A stretch of 63,171 bases of DNA, filler included, from Diploschistes diacapsis (Eukaryota), in NCBI GenBank assembly GCA_023645945.1. It is 9 parts of 9 records of this genome, joined end to end, with 100 filler letters (N's around TTAATTAATTAA, not from the genome) between each part and the next. Parts side by side here need not be neighbours in the genome. Positions count along the whole stretch, not along the records: positions 1 to 4,463 come from JALAIB010001703.1; positions 4,564 to 9,025 come from JALAIB010001704.1; positions 9,126 to 13,583 come from JALAIB010001705.1; 6 more parts are not named here. One strand, 5' to 3'. Numbering within the stretch: the stretch's first letter is position 1; each line of letters opens with the position of its first letter. This document shows, in pieces, positions 1 through 11,829 of the stretch. Both the position numbers and the translations under genes were made by a program. A model generated the notes under the pieces. The model had not been told where the DNA came from and did not search any database. It saw nothing but the letters and a program-made list of their open reading frames with translations.

Positions 1-2
1 CG

Positions 3-212
3 TGGGAGCTTATGGGCGGCGTGATTGCGAGGACGGTCAAGTGGCTCTATGGAGGGACGCTGAGGGAGAGGTTCAGGGATTGGTGTCGGGAGCTGAAGGG
101 GTTTTGTGAAGGGAAGGGGGAGGGGGAGGACGGTGCGGAAGGAGAGGAAGGGGATGGGGACAGAGTAGGTGGAGCAGGAAGACGGGATTCGCCGGAAGGG
201 AGAGCGGGCTAG
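3..212 (+). CDS. 3' end of a hypothetical protein, possibly SRPBCC/START (polyketide cyclase-like) fold; 5'-truncated by window edge
   Basis: Frame is open from the edge: WELMGGVIARTVKWLYGGTLRERFRDWCRELKGFCE, resembling the C-terminal helix of fungal SRPBCC proteins. Confidence 0.45.
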   Translation, partial: WELMGGVIARTVKWLYGGTLRERFRDWCRELKGFCEGKGEGEDGAEGEEGDGDRVGGAGRRDSPEGRAG

Positions 213-376
213 TAGAGGTTTGCTGGCACGTCCTCTTCGTGTGTGATAGGAAGGAGGATCTGGAGTATTGCCGATACAACCACTCGCATGGACGTGGGGA
301 ATTCCGCAACATAAGCGCATGAAGAAGTGGCGCACAGGACCAACGTGATGAAGGATTCAAGGGGGCTTTCCATAAA

Positions 377-1413
377 CTAGGCATTCTTGTCCTTTCTCTT
401 CCCAGCTCCCCATGTATGACCGAGGAACGGAATGAGGAACCGCCAAATACCGCCAGGAACCCATCGATCCAGATAGTTGCCGACGGTCACAAGCATAATA
501 CTGCTCCCAGCCCAGATCTCATTGCGATCCCACAGGTGACCCCTGCAAGTCACCAGCTGGCTCACCACCGTCTTCGCGTACTGACGCGTATCGACCCCGA
601 CCCGCTGACTGTAGACCTGCCTCTGTGCATACTGCTCCTCGAAGCCCTCCCACAAGCTGCCAGGCTTCAGGCTCCGGGTCGTGCGGGTGATGTTGCTCTT
701 CACGCCACCGGTGATGACGTTGACGACATGGACGCCGAACGGCGCGAGTTCGGTCCGAAGCGTGTCCCCGTATGAGTGCAGCGCGGCTTTCGAGGCGTTG
801 TATGTTGAGCCCCAGATCATGGGCGTGAGAGCGGCTACAGAGCCGATGTGCACGACCGTGCCGCGAGCAGCAAGGAGGAGAGGCAGGAATGTCTGGTTGA
901 TCATCATCGGGGCGAAGAGGTTGGTCGCGAATAGGGCCTGGATCTCGGGGAGGTCCAGCTCGCTTGCAGGAACGGTGTAGTCTGGCAGTGACAGGTTGTC
1001 AGCACAGCCCTCAAAGCACCTATGGCTTGGGACTTTTAATTGCACGCATATAGCACACTGGTACTAATCAATGGCTCCTCTTACTTCGTCCCGCATTGTT
1101 GACAATGAAATCAAGCCCCCCTCCGCCTACCCTCTTCTCTACCTCTGCGAAGCATGCTTTGATCGACTCGGGATCGTCCACAGTTAGGCTCAGAGCCTCG
1201 ATTCCCTTTTCCGATAGCCGCGACAGTGACTCGGCCTTCCTGGCCGTTGCAAAAACTCGAAAGCCCCGGTCGTTGAACTGGGTAGCAAGATGGGCTCCGA
1301 TACCGGGCCCAGAGCACCTGAAGAAAGGTCGTTAGCTGGGGCTGCTCGTGCAAGGTTGATGCTTAGGCGAGCTCATACCCGGTGATCAACACGGTCTTGC
1401 GCTTATCGGTCAT
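377..1413 (-). CDS. Short-chain dehydrogenase/reductase, AYR1 (1-acyl-DHAP reductase)-like; 2 introns
   Basis: Spliced start MTDKRKTVLITG|CSGPGIG (TGxxxGIG), then VFATAR and catalytic YNASK. Intron GTATGA..CAG at about 1318-1378. Confidence 0.88.
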
Positions 1414-2524
1414 GGTGAAATATATAGAAACGTAGCAGAACGACGCGAAGAGCTACTTCCGTACATCTCGGAGAGTGGTCCAGACTATTATAGTAGCTAT
1501 TCGGCCTCGGCTGCCATTGTAACCAGATATTGACAGCGGCAGGTCCATCTGTAGGAGGCTTCAGGCTAGTCTTGAAAGGTGATGGTCTGTGAGCAGGGAC
1601 GTCAAGGTCTTTTTTACCTCCTTTCAAGCTCTGCAACGATAGAGCACTTCCAACGTTCGAGTTGGCCGCATCCATCCTTCCGAGCAACAGGAACATTAAG
1701 ATACCATAGCTTAGGCGCCAATCAGGCCGTTGTTCAGACCACCTGAAGGATCATGCCCAGGCTACACTACACCCATGCCTTATCGACCAGTTATTTTAAC
1801 TTCATCTGTAATAAGCTATTTTCAAAAACATGGCTGAGGACATATTAGGGCACGGAACATATTGGATGCTTTGAGAAAGCCGTTTTACTATTTTCATGAT
1901 TTATCCAAGAGATGAAGTTGCTCCTTTAGGTGGCTAACCTTATGAGTGGACTACTTCTCTACCTCCTCCTCCATCTTGTGGGGTAGCCTTCTAGCAAAGG
2001 GAGAGAACTTTGATACGAGCTTTATTGGACCCTCTTCTACTGGTTCTCAAGGTTCATCCTGTTCATGAGCCTTCGGAGCTCTTCTATCAATGATACCCTG
2101 GCTCTGTCTGTTCATGTAGATGTATCACTCTTTGGGCGTATACTTCATTTTCTTGTCCATTCCCTACGCCTCGATGACTTTTGGAGATAACAGCATCTCT
2201 GACCACGTCTATGCCAACACCATATCTGGCGAAGAGCGATGGTCTTTCGCCTCTCATACTTTGCTAAGCTTCAGTGGTGTCAATCCACGCTACAAGGTGT
2301 GATGACTTCCCCTGACGTGGTCTGGATATACACGGTTTCAACACTCTGCAACACATGTCTAAGATGTATCAGTACGCTAAGTCTATTGTTTTCATTGTTT
2401 CTCTACGCGTTGAACATTGCTTGAATCGCCTCGTTCTCCCCTATTTAATAAGAGTAGCTGAATCCCGCCTGCTTAAAGTTGAATTGCTTCATCTGCTTCT
2501 TACAGCCCGAGAAAATCCGTCCAT

Positions 2525-3604
2525 ATGTCACCAGCGAGCTTCCCGCAAAACAGGTCCCCAAACACCATCAATCTGTGGGCTTGCAGCCGCGCCTGGGATG
2601 AAGATTCGAGACCTGTGCGCAGCGGGATTGGTGTGTGGCTTGGCCCAGTGTTCAAGCCCACCGAGCATCTGAGCGAATGGGTCGACGATCCCGGCAATAC
2701 GCACCTGCGCTCTGAGATCCAAGCCGGAATCCGTGGTCTGGAGCAAGCCCTCATCCACTACGCTCATGACATTGAGGGAAGAAACGTTGGTCAAGTCGTC
2801 ATACACACTGACTCTGCAAGTCTCGTCGATGCTGCTGTGATCTGGATCCCACAATGGCAGCCACGGTATTTGTTGACAGGGGACAAAGAAATGGCTGATA
2901 AAAAGCTGTACCAGCGCCTATCGGAACTCATCGGCATTTTCCATGTGCAAGGTGTCAAAGTGTTCTTCGACAGGATGGACCCAAGAAACATAGATACTGC
3001 GGCGGACTTGGCCGAGGCGGCGATGATTCGGGAGCTACCGTACAAGCACAACAGGGACGCTTGGGTGAGTTATTCTGCGGGTCCTAGAGGTTTAGTTCTA
3101 ATCAGCGTATCTCAGATCGTTGATCCTCTAGGACACAGTATCTGCCGTCACCGGCATTTGTTCATCCACTACCAGCCGACGCTCCTCTCCTACTTCGACA
3201 ACGCCGAGACCCTCCAGCCAAGCGGCCTGATCATGCTCGGACGCGGTAGCGTGGCGATAAACGTGTTGCTCTGTAACGGAACTACGCGCACGATCATGAT
3301 CGACGATGTATTCCACGTCCCTAACTCTCCCATAAACATTCTGTCTCCGCCTATCGCAGCGCGCCTCCGACCCGGTTTTCTCATACACGATGGGGAGGCC
3401 GTCGCTCTAGCGCAGGAAACGAACCGTCAGACGGTGCTCAAGCTGGCAAGCGGTCCACAAACTCTGTACCCAGCAACAGTCCCCCGAGAATTTAGAATGC
3501 GTATTCCATCGAAGTTCATCTTCCTCCGTGGCGAGAACGAGCCACCTCGTCTGCCGCCAATTCCACAGAATCCGCCTCCTATTGCTTACCGGCTTCAGCG
3601 CTGA
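2525..3604 (+). CDS. RNase HI-like domain fused to a Copia protease-like (Pol beta-barrel) domain; probable 51-nt in-frame intron at 3065-3115
   Basis: RNase HI pattern: GIGVWLG, THLRSEIQA, VVIHTDS, WIPQW, ADKKLYQRL, AADLAEAA. After splicing: WIVDPLGHSICRHRHLF..GRGSV..IDDVFHVPNSPINILS. Intron has GTGAGT, CTAAT and CAG. Confidence 0.65.
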   Translation: MSPASFPQNRSPNTINLWACSRAWDEDSRPVRSGIGVWLGPVFKPTEHLSEWVDDPGNTHLRSEIQAGIRGLEQALIHYAHDIEGRNVGQVVIHTDSASLVDAAVIWIPQWQPRYLLTGDKEMADKKLYQRLSELIGIFHVQGVKVFFDRMDPRNIDTAADLAEAAMIRELPYKHNRDAWVSYSAGPRGLVLISVSQIVDPLGHSICRHRHLFIHYQPTLLSYFDNAETLQPSGLIMLGRGSVAINVLLCNGTTRTIMIDDVFHVPNSPINILSPPIAARLRPGFLIHDGEAVALAQETNRQTVLKLASGPQTLYPATVPREFRMRIPSKFIFLRGENEPPRLPPIPQNPPPIAYRLQR

Positions 3605-4305
3605 TCAGCTTGCATTTTGCGGACCTCCATCGTGTATTGCCGTTGTTGTCCAGTTGTTCTGGAGGGCTTCGATCGATCAGTTTTAGTGCGTGTATGTTTT
3701 CCAGCACATCGAGCGTTTGTTAGCGTGGCGTTTGGTGAGGAAATGTTGTTTGCTCGACTAACAGCATAGATGGCTTTTCTGCCACGCAGCTCTTTTGCGA
3801 AGTAAGGTATTACTTATTGGATTAGATGCAATTTTCAACAACAACCTTTCCGTGACTCTTCATCGAGGTGGTGGTCTTTCGCAGTGCTTGAAGTTGGTTG
3901 ATGTTTCTTGCTCGCTGGCAAATGCAACAAGCTTTCCTTTGCAGCCTTTGTCACGCTATTCTGAGTCGAAGAATATCCCAATTTTGTGCTCGGCCATGTG
4001 CAGCCATTGTCCATGCATAACATCATTTCTAAAATAATCACAATTGTTACACGAATGGCATGTTAACAAAGACTCGCCATTGTGACGAACCGTGGGCCCT
4101 CGGATACTGTCACTAATACAAAATGAAGCCTCACCTCTGTTCCATTTCAGCCCCGAACATCAAACCCAGATTCCACAGCAGCACACCGAATCTTGCCTTC
4201 CTTCAGCCCGTCACCTATTTCCAGAGAAACAATCCCCTTCCGCCCCTTGGCTGACCGCGTTCAGTTCTTCCACCCCATTCAACCACCACCTACTTCAACC
4301 CCGTC

Positions 4306-4463
4306 ATGCCTTCCTTCACCACCATGACCACCACGAAATTGACACGGAGATCCGCCCCAACCTCTTCCTCAACCTCCACCTCCACAGAGCACCATCCTTC
4401 CAAACCCTCTATCCGCATCTCAACCAACATTCCCCCCTCCCCCATCACCACCACCGCCTATCC
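4306..4463 (+). CDS. Possible 5' end of a Ser/Thr-rich protein, cut by the contig end
   Basis: ATG followed by a low-complexity open frame up to the gap; no domain recognised. Confidence 0.25.
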
Positions 4464-4563
4464 NNNNNNNNNNNNNNNNNNNNNNNNNNNNNNNNNNNNN
4501 NNNNNNNTTAATTAATTAANNNNNNNNNNNNNNNNNNNNNNNNNNNNNNNNNNNNNNNNNNNN
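4464..4563. other. Artificial contig-joining spacer
   Basis: N44-TTAATTAATTAA-N44, giving stops in all six frames. Confidence 0.99.
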
Positions 4564-4832
4564 GCAGGATACGGTGGGCGGGGTGACGGGCAAGGCGGGC
4601 GAGACGGTCGGCGGCCTGCTCGGTGGCGGCAAGGGGCAGGGTGGTGGGGAGGACAAGGGCGGTGATGACGGCGGGACGGACGAGCAGTTGCGGTTGAGGC
4701 TGGATTTGAATCTGGATGTGGAGATCCAGCTCAAGGCGAAGATCCATGGTGATTTGACGATTGGGTTGCTGTACGTTGCATGTCGGTTGATTGTGTGCTT
4801 ACCGAGCCTGCTAATCGTATTACAGAAACTAG
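4564..4832 (+). CDS. 3' end of a conserved fungal glycine-rich (LEA-like) protein; intron 4771-4825
   Basis: Conserved tail LRLRLDLNLDVEIQLKAKIHGDLTIGLL. Intron GTACGT..CTAAT..TACAG, then N and stop. Confidence 0.75.
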
Positions 4833-6094
4833 CGGCCACGGAAAGCAAGTCAGCCTGTTGGCATGTTGTCCATACTTTTTAAATGGTATATGAGACGGGG
4901 AAGAATTACAGAAACGATGCAGCGATCCTGCCGGAAAACCCTAACGGGCGTGATTGTTTATAGCCAGGAAATCCAATATTGGACCAAGCCTTTATCTACT
5001 TTATCTCGCGCCTCCAATTCGCAATGCCTGAACATGCAATTACGTCCCGAAGTGCTCTTGATATTAACTTGGAGCACTTCGCAAGCTGATACAACACGAG
5101 GCAATTGGGACGCTATGACCTATCTATCACCAAGGGGGAAAGAGTGCTGTACAACGATGCTAGTAAAAAGTCAACACGCCAAGAACCCCAGGTTTATCAA
5201 CTTCTTGACTTCAACACCCCACATTCTGCACTCAAAAAGTGTTCTTAGAACTCTATATGAGTTTTCTTTTTAAAAAAAAAAGCTTTATATGTCTTGCTAC
5301 GTTCTTATATATATGTCGTTTATTTAAAGTCTACTTTGTGGCTACTCTGAGCTTCATGAGGGGGATGAAGATTTATGAGATCTAAGTTTCCGACCACGAA
5401 GGTGGTGGCTGTTTACCCCGGGGTTTTTTTTTATTTACGACAAAAGCGCGACGGCCATACTTCGCTTCCCCCCGTTTTTTTTGGCATACAAGTGTAGTTA
5501 AGTCTTTAAAAGTTTATCTGATATGCTACACCTTGCTGGCAACCGACGTCGTGGTGGTCGCCGTCGTGTTTGTACAATCGTAAACTAATTTAAGACCGAT
5601 TGGTAGAATCGAGATAAACACCTATAACTTTTAATTAATGATAAGATAACGTCACGTGACTTATATCTTACGAAAAAATTTCGCTTTCTATAGTATAAAG
5701 AATTTTTAATTTCACGTAATTTATCTAACTTCTGTTAGGAATTTAGAGGCTTACAATTAGATTTTTAAACATGGGACTCGTCGGCCGCCAGTTGTAATCT
5801 GATTACTTCGTTTCTTCGTATTTGGGACCGTAACACAGTGTAGGCTCTGTTTATGGAACAGTGACGGCTCCTCCGTAAGATGCGGACATTGCGGACGAAA
5901 TGGTCCTCGATATAGATACTTTGCAAGCTTTTATGCCCACACGACTGAAAGCACGGGGATGCGCCTTAGGATCTGGTATAAAGACGTTGCTGCTTTGCGC
6001 ATCTTTAAAAGGACATGTTCCTTTTGAGTACCCCCTTTGACATCCATCTGGCCTTGTACCTTCACACCCGCATCCAGTGAACGTGTGCACCAAG

Positions 6095-6964
6095 ATGGCA
6101 TCCACAACAGCGCAGAAGACGGCTCTCGTTACCGGCTGTAGCACGGGCGGTATTGGACACGGTCTTGCCGTTGAGTTCGCTAAGAATGGCATCCATGTGT
6201 TCGCAACAGCTCGAAGTTTATCCAAGATGGCCGACCTCGAGAAGACGCCCAACATCACGCTACTCAACCTGGACGTCACGTCACCTTCTTCGATTGCTGA
6301 AGCTCTTGCTGCGGTCAAAGAGAAAACCGGCGGTAGCTTAGATTACCTCGTCAACAATTCCGGATCAGGTTATATAATGCCGGTTCTGGATACGGATATC
6401 GCGACAGCGAAAGCAATGTTCGATGTCAATCTCTGGGGCTTGCTTGCAGTAACACAAGCATTTGCCCCACTTCTGATTGCTGCGCAAGGGATGATAGTGA
6501 ATATCTCATCAATCGCAATGATGCTGCAACCGACTTGGATGAGTCTTTACGCTGCGTCAAAGTCCGCCATGGACATGACCAGCGAGGCACTTCGCGTCGA
6601 GATGGAACCATTGGGAGTCAAGGTCATGACCGTGGTTACCGGAGCAGTAAAAACGCAGATTTTTGCCAACGTGCCCACGAATCGGTTGCCTGAGAGTTCA
6701 GTTTACCGGGCTGCAGAGGCAGAGATTAGGAAGAGAATGCTAGGGGAGGATCTTCCAGGCAGCACCAGCACGGCAAAGTTCTCACGGAGCGTCATAAAAG
6801 ATGTTCTCGCATCTAGAACCGGACATACCTACCGCGGCTATCTTGCGACAGTCTTGCACATCCTTGTCTCAATCCTCCCAGCATCCGTCATGGACCATCT
6901 AGGAAAACAGAACATGGGACTGGACAAGGTGAAGAAGAGCTTCATGGTTTCGAACAATCACTAG
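6095..6964 (+). CDS. Short-chain dehydrogenase/reductase, AYR1-like, intronless
   Basis: TGCSTGGIG, LDYLVNNSG, FDVNLWG and YAASK motifs. Confidence 0.92.
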   Translation: MASTTAQKTALVTGCSTGGIGHGLAVEFAKNGIHVFATARSLSKMADLEKTPNITLLNLDVTSPSSIAEALAAVKEKTGGSLDYLVNNSGSGYIMPVLDTDIATAKAMFDVNLWGLLAVTQAFAPLLIAAQGMIVNISSIAMMLQPTWMSLYAASKSAMDMTSEALRVEMEPLGVKVMTVVTGAVKTQIFANVPTNRLPESSVYRAAEAEIRKRMLGEDLPGSTSTAKFSRSVIKDVLASRTGHTYRGYLATVLHILVSILPASVMDHLGKQNMGLDKVKKSFMVSNNH

Positions 6965-7574
6965 GGTTCTGCGACCCGCGTTCTATTAACTCTGTCAGAA
7001 AAGATCTTCTCTAGTACATTCTCTCGAAACGATACCCGTCAGTGAAGGACGTAGCTAAGAGCGACTCTGAGGAAATTCAAGGACTAGACTGGAAGTAAGA
7101 AAAAGTCTGTCTGGCATTGTCATCCGTACGAGGCTTTATGGCGATAGATATTCCGGAGATTTCATAGTCATTAAGCGTTTGATATACTGGAGTCCAGAAA
7201 GTGTATGCCATTATATAGACTTTGACCTGGTCACCAAGTTAAGAATAGAGGATTTTTAAAGCCTAGAGCGGTCAGTGCCAAGAAGTCTCTCGGACCGAAA
7301 AAGCCGGCCCGAGTGAGTGCACGTGCGCAGCAGCCCTACTCTCGGTCGGTTAGCGCGTAATTTCCCACTCCCACAATCAGGGCAATTTCGAGATCGACTG
7401 ACTTAGCGACCTCACGACGACGAGCATAACTCTGAATCTCTGTAATCACATCTGCCTGGTTGACCACGAGAATTCAAGGTAAGACTAGCATCATTTCTCT
7501 AGCCAACGCTCTACGCGGCCTCTCGCCACAATCTTCTATGCTCTGTCCAAAAGCCGCCCGTTAACGCTGCACAG

Positions 7575-8258
7575 ATGGGTATCTCTCGTGATTCCAGGCA
7601 CAAGAGAGCCGCCACGGGTGCGAAACGTGCCTACTACCGCAAAAAGAGGTGAGGAAGCCCTACTCCATACCCCTTCTTCTCCCTCCCACAACGCCCATCC
7701 ACTCACCTATCCCGCTTCAGAGCCTTCGAAAAAGGCCGCCAACCCGCCAACACCCGCATCGGCGCCAAACGCATCCACCTGGTGCGCACGCGCGGCGGCA
7801 ACCGCAAGTTCCGAGCCCTGCGCCTCGACTCCGGCAACTTCAGCTGGGGCTCCGAGGGCATCGCGCGCAAGACCCGCGTCATCGTCGTCTCCTACCACCC
7901 GGCCAATAACGAGCTCGTGCGCACAAACACCCTGACAAAGTCTGCCGTCGTGCAGATCGACGCCGCCCCGTTCCGGCAATGGTACGAGGCTCACTACGGC
8001 GCGCAGCTCGGGCGTAGACGGCAGGCCAAGTCTGGGCAGCAGGCGGAGGAGGACAAGAAGAAGAGCAAGGCGGTGGAGAAGAAGCAGGCGGCGCGCATGG
8101 CGGAGATGGGCAAGGTGGAGCCCGCGCTGGAGAGGCAGTTCGAGGCGGGCAGGCTGTATGCGGTTGTTTCGTCGAGGCCCGGGCAGTCGGGGCGCTGCGA
8201 TGGGTATGTGCTTGAGGGGGAGGAGCTGGCGTTTTACCAGCGTGCTCTCCGGAGGTGA
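7575..8258 (+). CDS. RPS8: 40S ribosomal protein S8 (eS8); coding intron 7649-7720, 5'UTR intron 7479-7574
   Basis: MGISRDSRHKRAATGAKRAYYRKKR|AFEKGRQPANTRIG..RALRLDSGNFSWGSEG..SSRPGQSGRCDGYVLEGEEL. Confidence 0.98.
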
Positions 8259-9025
8259 AGAAGGAATCAGGGGATCGGGTGCTGATTGGTGGTCATGGTT
8301 GGGCGTAATACTTTGACTGGATCGGCTTGCTTGCTTGACTAGCTAGCCTTTCAGGGAAGATAGCAATGTCGAATCTTTGCCTGTGGCTCAACTCTATGTC
8401 TCACGCAGAGTTGTCTTCCTACTCCTCTTCTGCTTGACGACCACAGTACCCGGAGCGCAGAAATCCGCATGAGGAGTACGATAAGCACAAATTCCGACCC
8501 AGTGTGAGCCTATACTAAGTCGCCTCTCCCTCTCCCTCGCTCTCTCTCTCTCTCCTATCCTCCAATCCACACCGTAAAACCACTAATGTCAAACTCCCCA
8601 TCCTCTCCAAGCTCGCTGACCTTCCCCACCACCTGCAAAATCGCAGTCACAGTCACAGTTCGAGCCGATGCCCCTGCTCAAAAAAGGGCACTATACCAAC
8701 CACCCAGAACTACCGCTCAAGATCGCCCCATTTACCAAGCATCCCCGCCCCATAACCACATAACAAAACACAGACACACACACGCCACCTCTCCATCTTC
8801 TCGCCGCCACTCCCACACAAGAAAAAAAAGAAAAGAAAAAAAGAATCCTCGTGTCTCAACCCCGGCGTTACAGCACAAACCTCTCCGGGAAAAGAAAAAG
8901 AACCTCATCATCCGTATCTCACGCTCCCCGCTCCCACCGCTATCCGCCATCTCTCCAACCCCAAGAACCCAAAAAGGGCCTCCCCCTCCCATGAGCGGAT
9001 GGGATCGATCCACGCAGTGCCCCCC

Positions 9026-9125
9026 NNNNNNNNNNNNNNNNNNNNNNNNNNNNNNNNNNNNNNNNNNNNTTAATTAATTAANNNNNNNNNNNNNNNNNNN
9101 NNNNNNNNNNNNNNNNNNNNNNNNN
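9026..9125. other. Artificial contig-joining spacer
   Basis: N44-TTAATTAATTAA-N44. Confidence 0.99.
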
Positions 9126-10175
9126 ATAATGAGCAGTATAATCTCGATCGCTTAAAACGACCCCGAACTATTATCGAAAATTAAGAAAATAGGTTCTATC
9201 GACGCGCTAAAAGATAGCTAAACACACAATAACACGAATTACTTGAAATAACGTTTGTTAATAGAAATATTATTCGCCGAAGATTCGCCGAAATCGATCC
9301 ATTTTTTAAAAAATATCGAAAGCGTTAACGCTCTTATTTAAATCTTAAAGATATTATAAAACGTCTGAAGTACTTTAAGGTATATAAGAGCTGACGTGCC
9401 GAGGATTGGGCCAATATTTAGTAGATAAATAAATATTTAATATAGATTAATAACGGTGAGATGCGATAATGGATTTAAAAGTATTCCGGGGAGTAATGGC
9501 TGCACGAGCATATCGTTACTAAGTCTAGGAATAAGGAGAATATTATAATAATCGCTTTTATGAAGGCAGACGAGCGCGTTATGTAATATTTCTTCGACGA
9601 ATATTATATAAATAAACGAATAGCTACCGCCGAAACATATTATCGACTTTTACGCGATATTATGTCTTAAATTTACGAGCCTGGATAAGCTTTTTTGTAA
9701 AATAATGCCTTTATATATACAGTTAATAGTATTAAAGTACTTTTAAAAGAATTAAACGTCTAAACGCTCGATCATTTCCCTTATAACCCGGATCTGAACC
9801 CTATCGAGCATCTATGGCCTATATTTAAAGAAAGGGTTTTAAAACTTTATCCAAAATTTAAAATTATGCGCGGGGGTAAGGAGAAGAAGATAGAAATTTT
9901 GAAAGTAATAATTCGAGACGTTTTTGGAGTGCTTTTGAAAGATAGGAAATAAGATTTACTTGCTAGATTAATGCATTTTATATCGAAGCGAATAGAGGCT
10001 TGTATCGACGCGCAAGGATAACAAACTAAATATTAATATAATCTATTATTTAAGAGCTTTAAAATGATTTACTTTGCGCATTCATTAAAGCTTTATTAAG
10101 TGCGCAATAGCTCAATAAAGTTGGTAGGTGGTATTTGTTTATTTGATACCTAACTACTTTTGGCACGTGATTGTA
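9126..10175 (+). mobile_element. RIP-degraded Tc1/mariner (DDE_3-type) DNA transposon, 3' part with right TIR and TA target site
   Basis: Remnant motifs F-*NNA (QDNA-like), FPYNPDLNPIEHLW near 9775-9817, and RIEACIDAQG*QTKY*. The TIR read on the minus strand is CAATCACGTGCCAAAAGTAGTTAGG, ending at 10173 followed by TA. Confidence 0.85.
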
Positions 10176-11740
10176 AATCCGCCGTTAAACGGGAAACTTA
10201 CCGGCACGGCCCCGATTTAATTAATATACGAACCGATATCGGTTCCCAAATACACGAAACGCGGGTATAAATTACGTATATTTATAAATTATAACACACA
10301 ACGATTTTAAGGATTAAACATATTAATAAAATAAATCCTTTTATTCCTTAATAATTCTTTATAACTCGTATAATTTTTATATCTTTTTTACTTCTTTATC
10401 TTTAGATATAATTTAAATAAATTAACAATCTTTTAAATAAAATCATTATAAAAAACTTTTTAAAAGCATTTCTACCCCGTTTGGTATATATATATCCCGC
10501 GATGGAACTCCGAAAGGCTAACGATCGATACTAATAAGAAACGATCTAGTTTTAGTCGGAAATTTTCTTTATGGTTTGCTATTTAACCTATACTCGGAAC
10601 CTAGTGACTGCTAAAGTAATACCTATCTGGCCCCCTTATTCTGGCCTTTCTCTTAAAAGATCTGCTTATACTGCCTGCTCGGTTCCGAGAGCAAAACGGG
10701 TTTGCGAGCTCGTAAATCTCTTCTGTTTAATAGATTAAAGATTTTGTTTATTAATGATGTCTGATAGGTACTTAATTTCTTTATCTCGGAGTTGCGCCGG
10801 CTTATACTCGACGCTTAATTCGTTTACGATCAGAACGTGTTTGTTTCTGTAGATTTTTTAGCTCGATTCGGCGTATGGAGAACGGGTTTAGACCGTTATC
10901 TAGCTCGAGAAAGCATTTACGGGGCTAATAGGCTTATCGATGCGTAAATATGCTAAATATTTAAGCGATTATAGCGCTAATATAGTAATTTAGGTCCCGG
11001 AATGTCCTCGATTATCAATATTTACGCCTACATGAAACGCGGGTCGCGAACGATGTTTTTACGGATTAAATTATTAGTTTGAAACGGATAACTTATTAAT
11101 TAGATAATTTAAACTTATTTAAGGCTATTCGTAGCTATCGCGACTCGTCCGTATCGACGCCGGCTCTTATATTTCATAAATCTATCGTTGGTTTTCTTAC
11201 GTTTTTTTACGCTTCTTTTGATTCGGAATTCCTTTATATTAGCTTAATCTCGTTTGCCGCGTCCGCTCGTTTTCCGCTTATAACTCGTACAGAACCCGTA
11301 ACTGCCTTATTTGATGCTAAATCTATCAGTTCTGAAACGATAATCGAAATTCATATTAACGATCTTTTCGCGTTCCTTTTCGGTTTCGTCTCGGTTTTTA
11401 ATCGCTTGTTACGTTCCGCTAATTTTGTATAAAGTTCCGGTAAGCCCATTTTATTAAGAAAATCTCTTTAATTAATATTGTCGAGTAATATTTAAAATAA
11501 GTACGTTTAGTTCGAGCCGGGCCTCGACGTCGAAATAATTATAAGAAAAGGAGTATACGGAATTCATAAGATTTAAACGATTTAGCTCGGCGGCTGCAGC
11601 ACGGGTTGACGCCGGTTAAGAAACGGAATAAAACGGAAGAAGAAGGGTTAGAAGAGGAACCGGAACGGGCTCGAAAAGTTATAAGAAAGGATACTCGATT
11701 ATTTGAACAATGGGGTTCGGTATATTTATATTTTTTTAAA
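10176..11740. repeat. Unclassified RIP-degraded repeat; may include the 3' LTR of the adjacent Gypsy element
   Basis: AT- and TpA-rich, no ORFs, lies between two TE remnants. Confidence 0.45.
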
Positions 11741-11829
11741 AAGTTTTGTATGTATATTTAGGTTTATTAATAATATCTTTAGATAGCTTTTATAGACATA
11801 AATAAGATCATATTTATCTCTTTTTTAAT

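Noticed and set aside
377..6964. Two AYR1-like SDR genes as a tandem duplication or cluster
   Set aside because: They are on different contigs, are divergent in sequence and differ in intron structure.
8586..9025. Low-complexity ORF running into the gap
   Set aside because: Its composition looks like promoter or 5'UTR sequence, with no homology evident.
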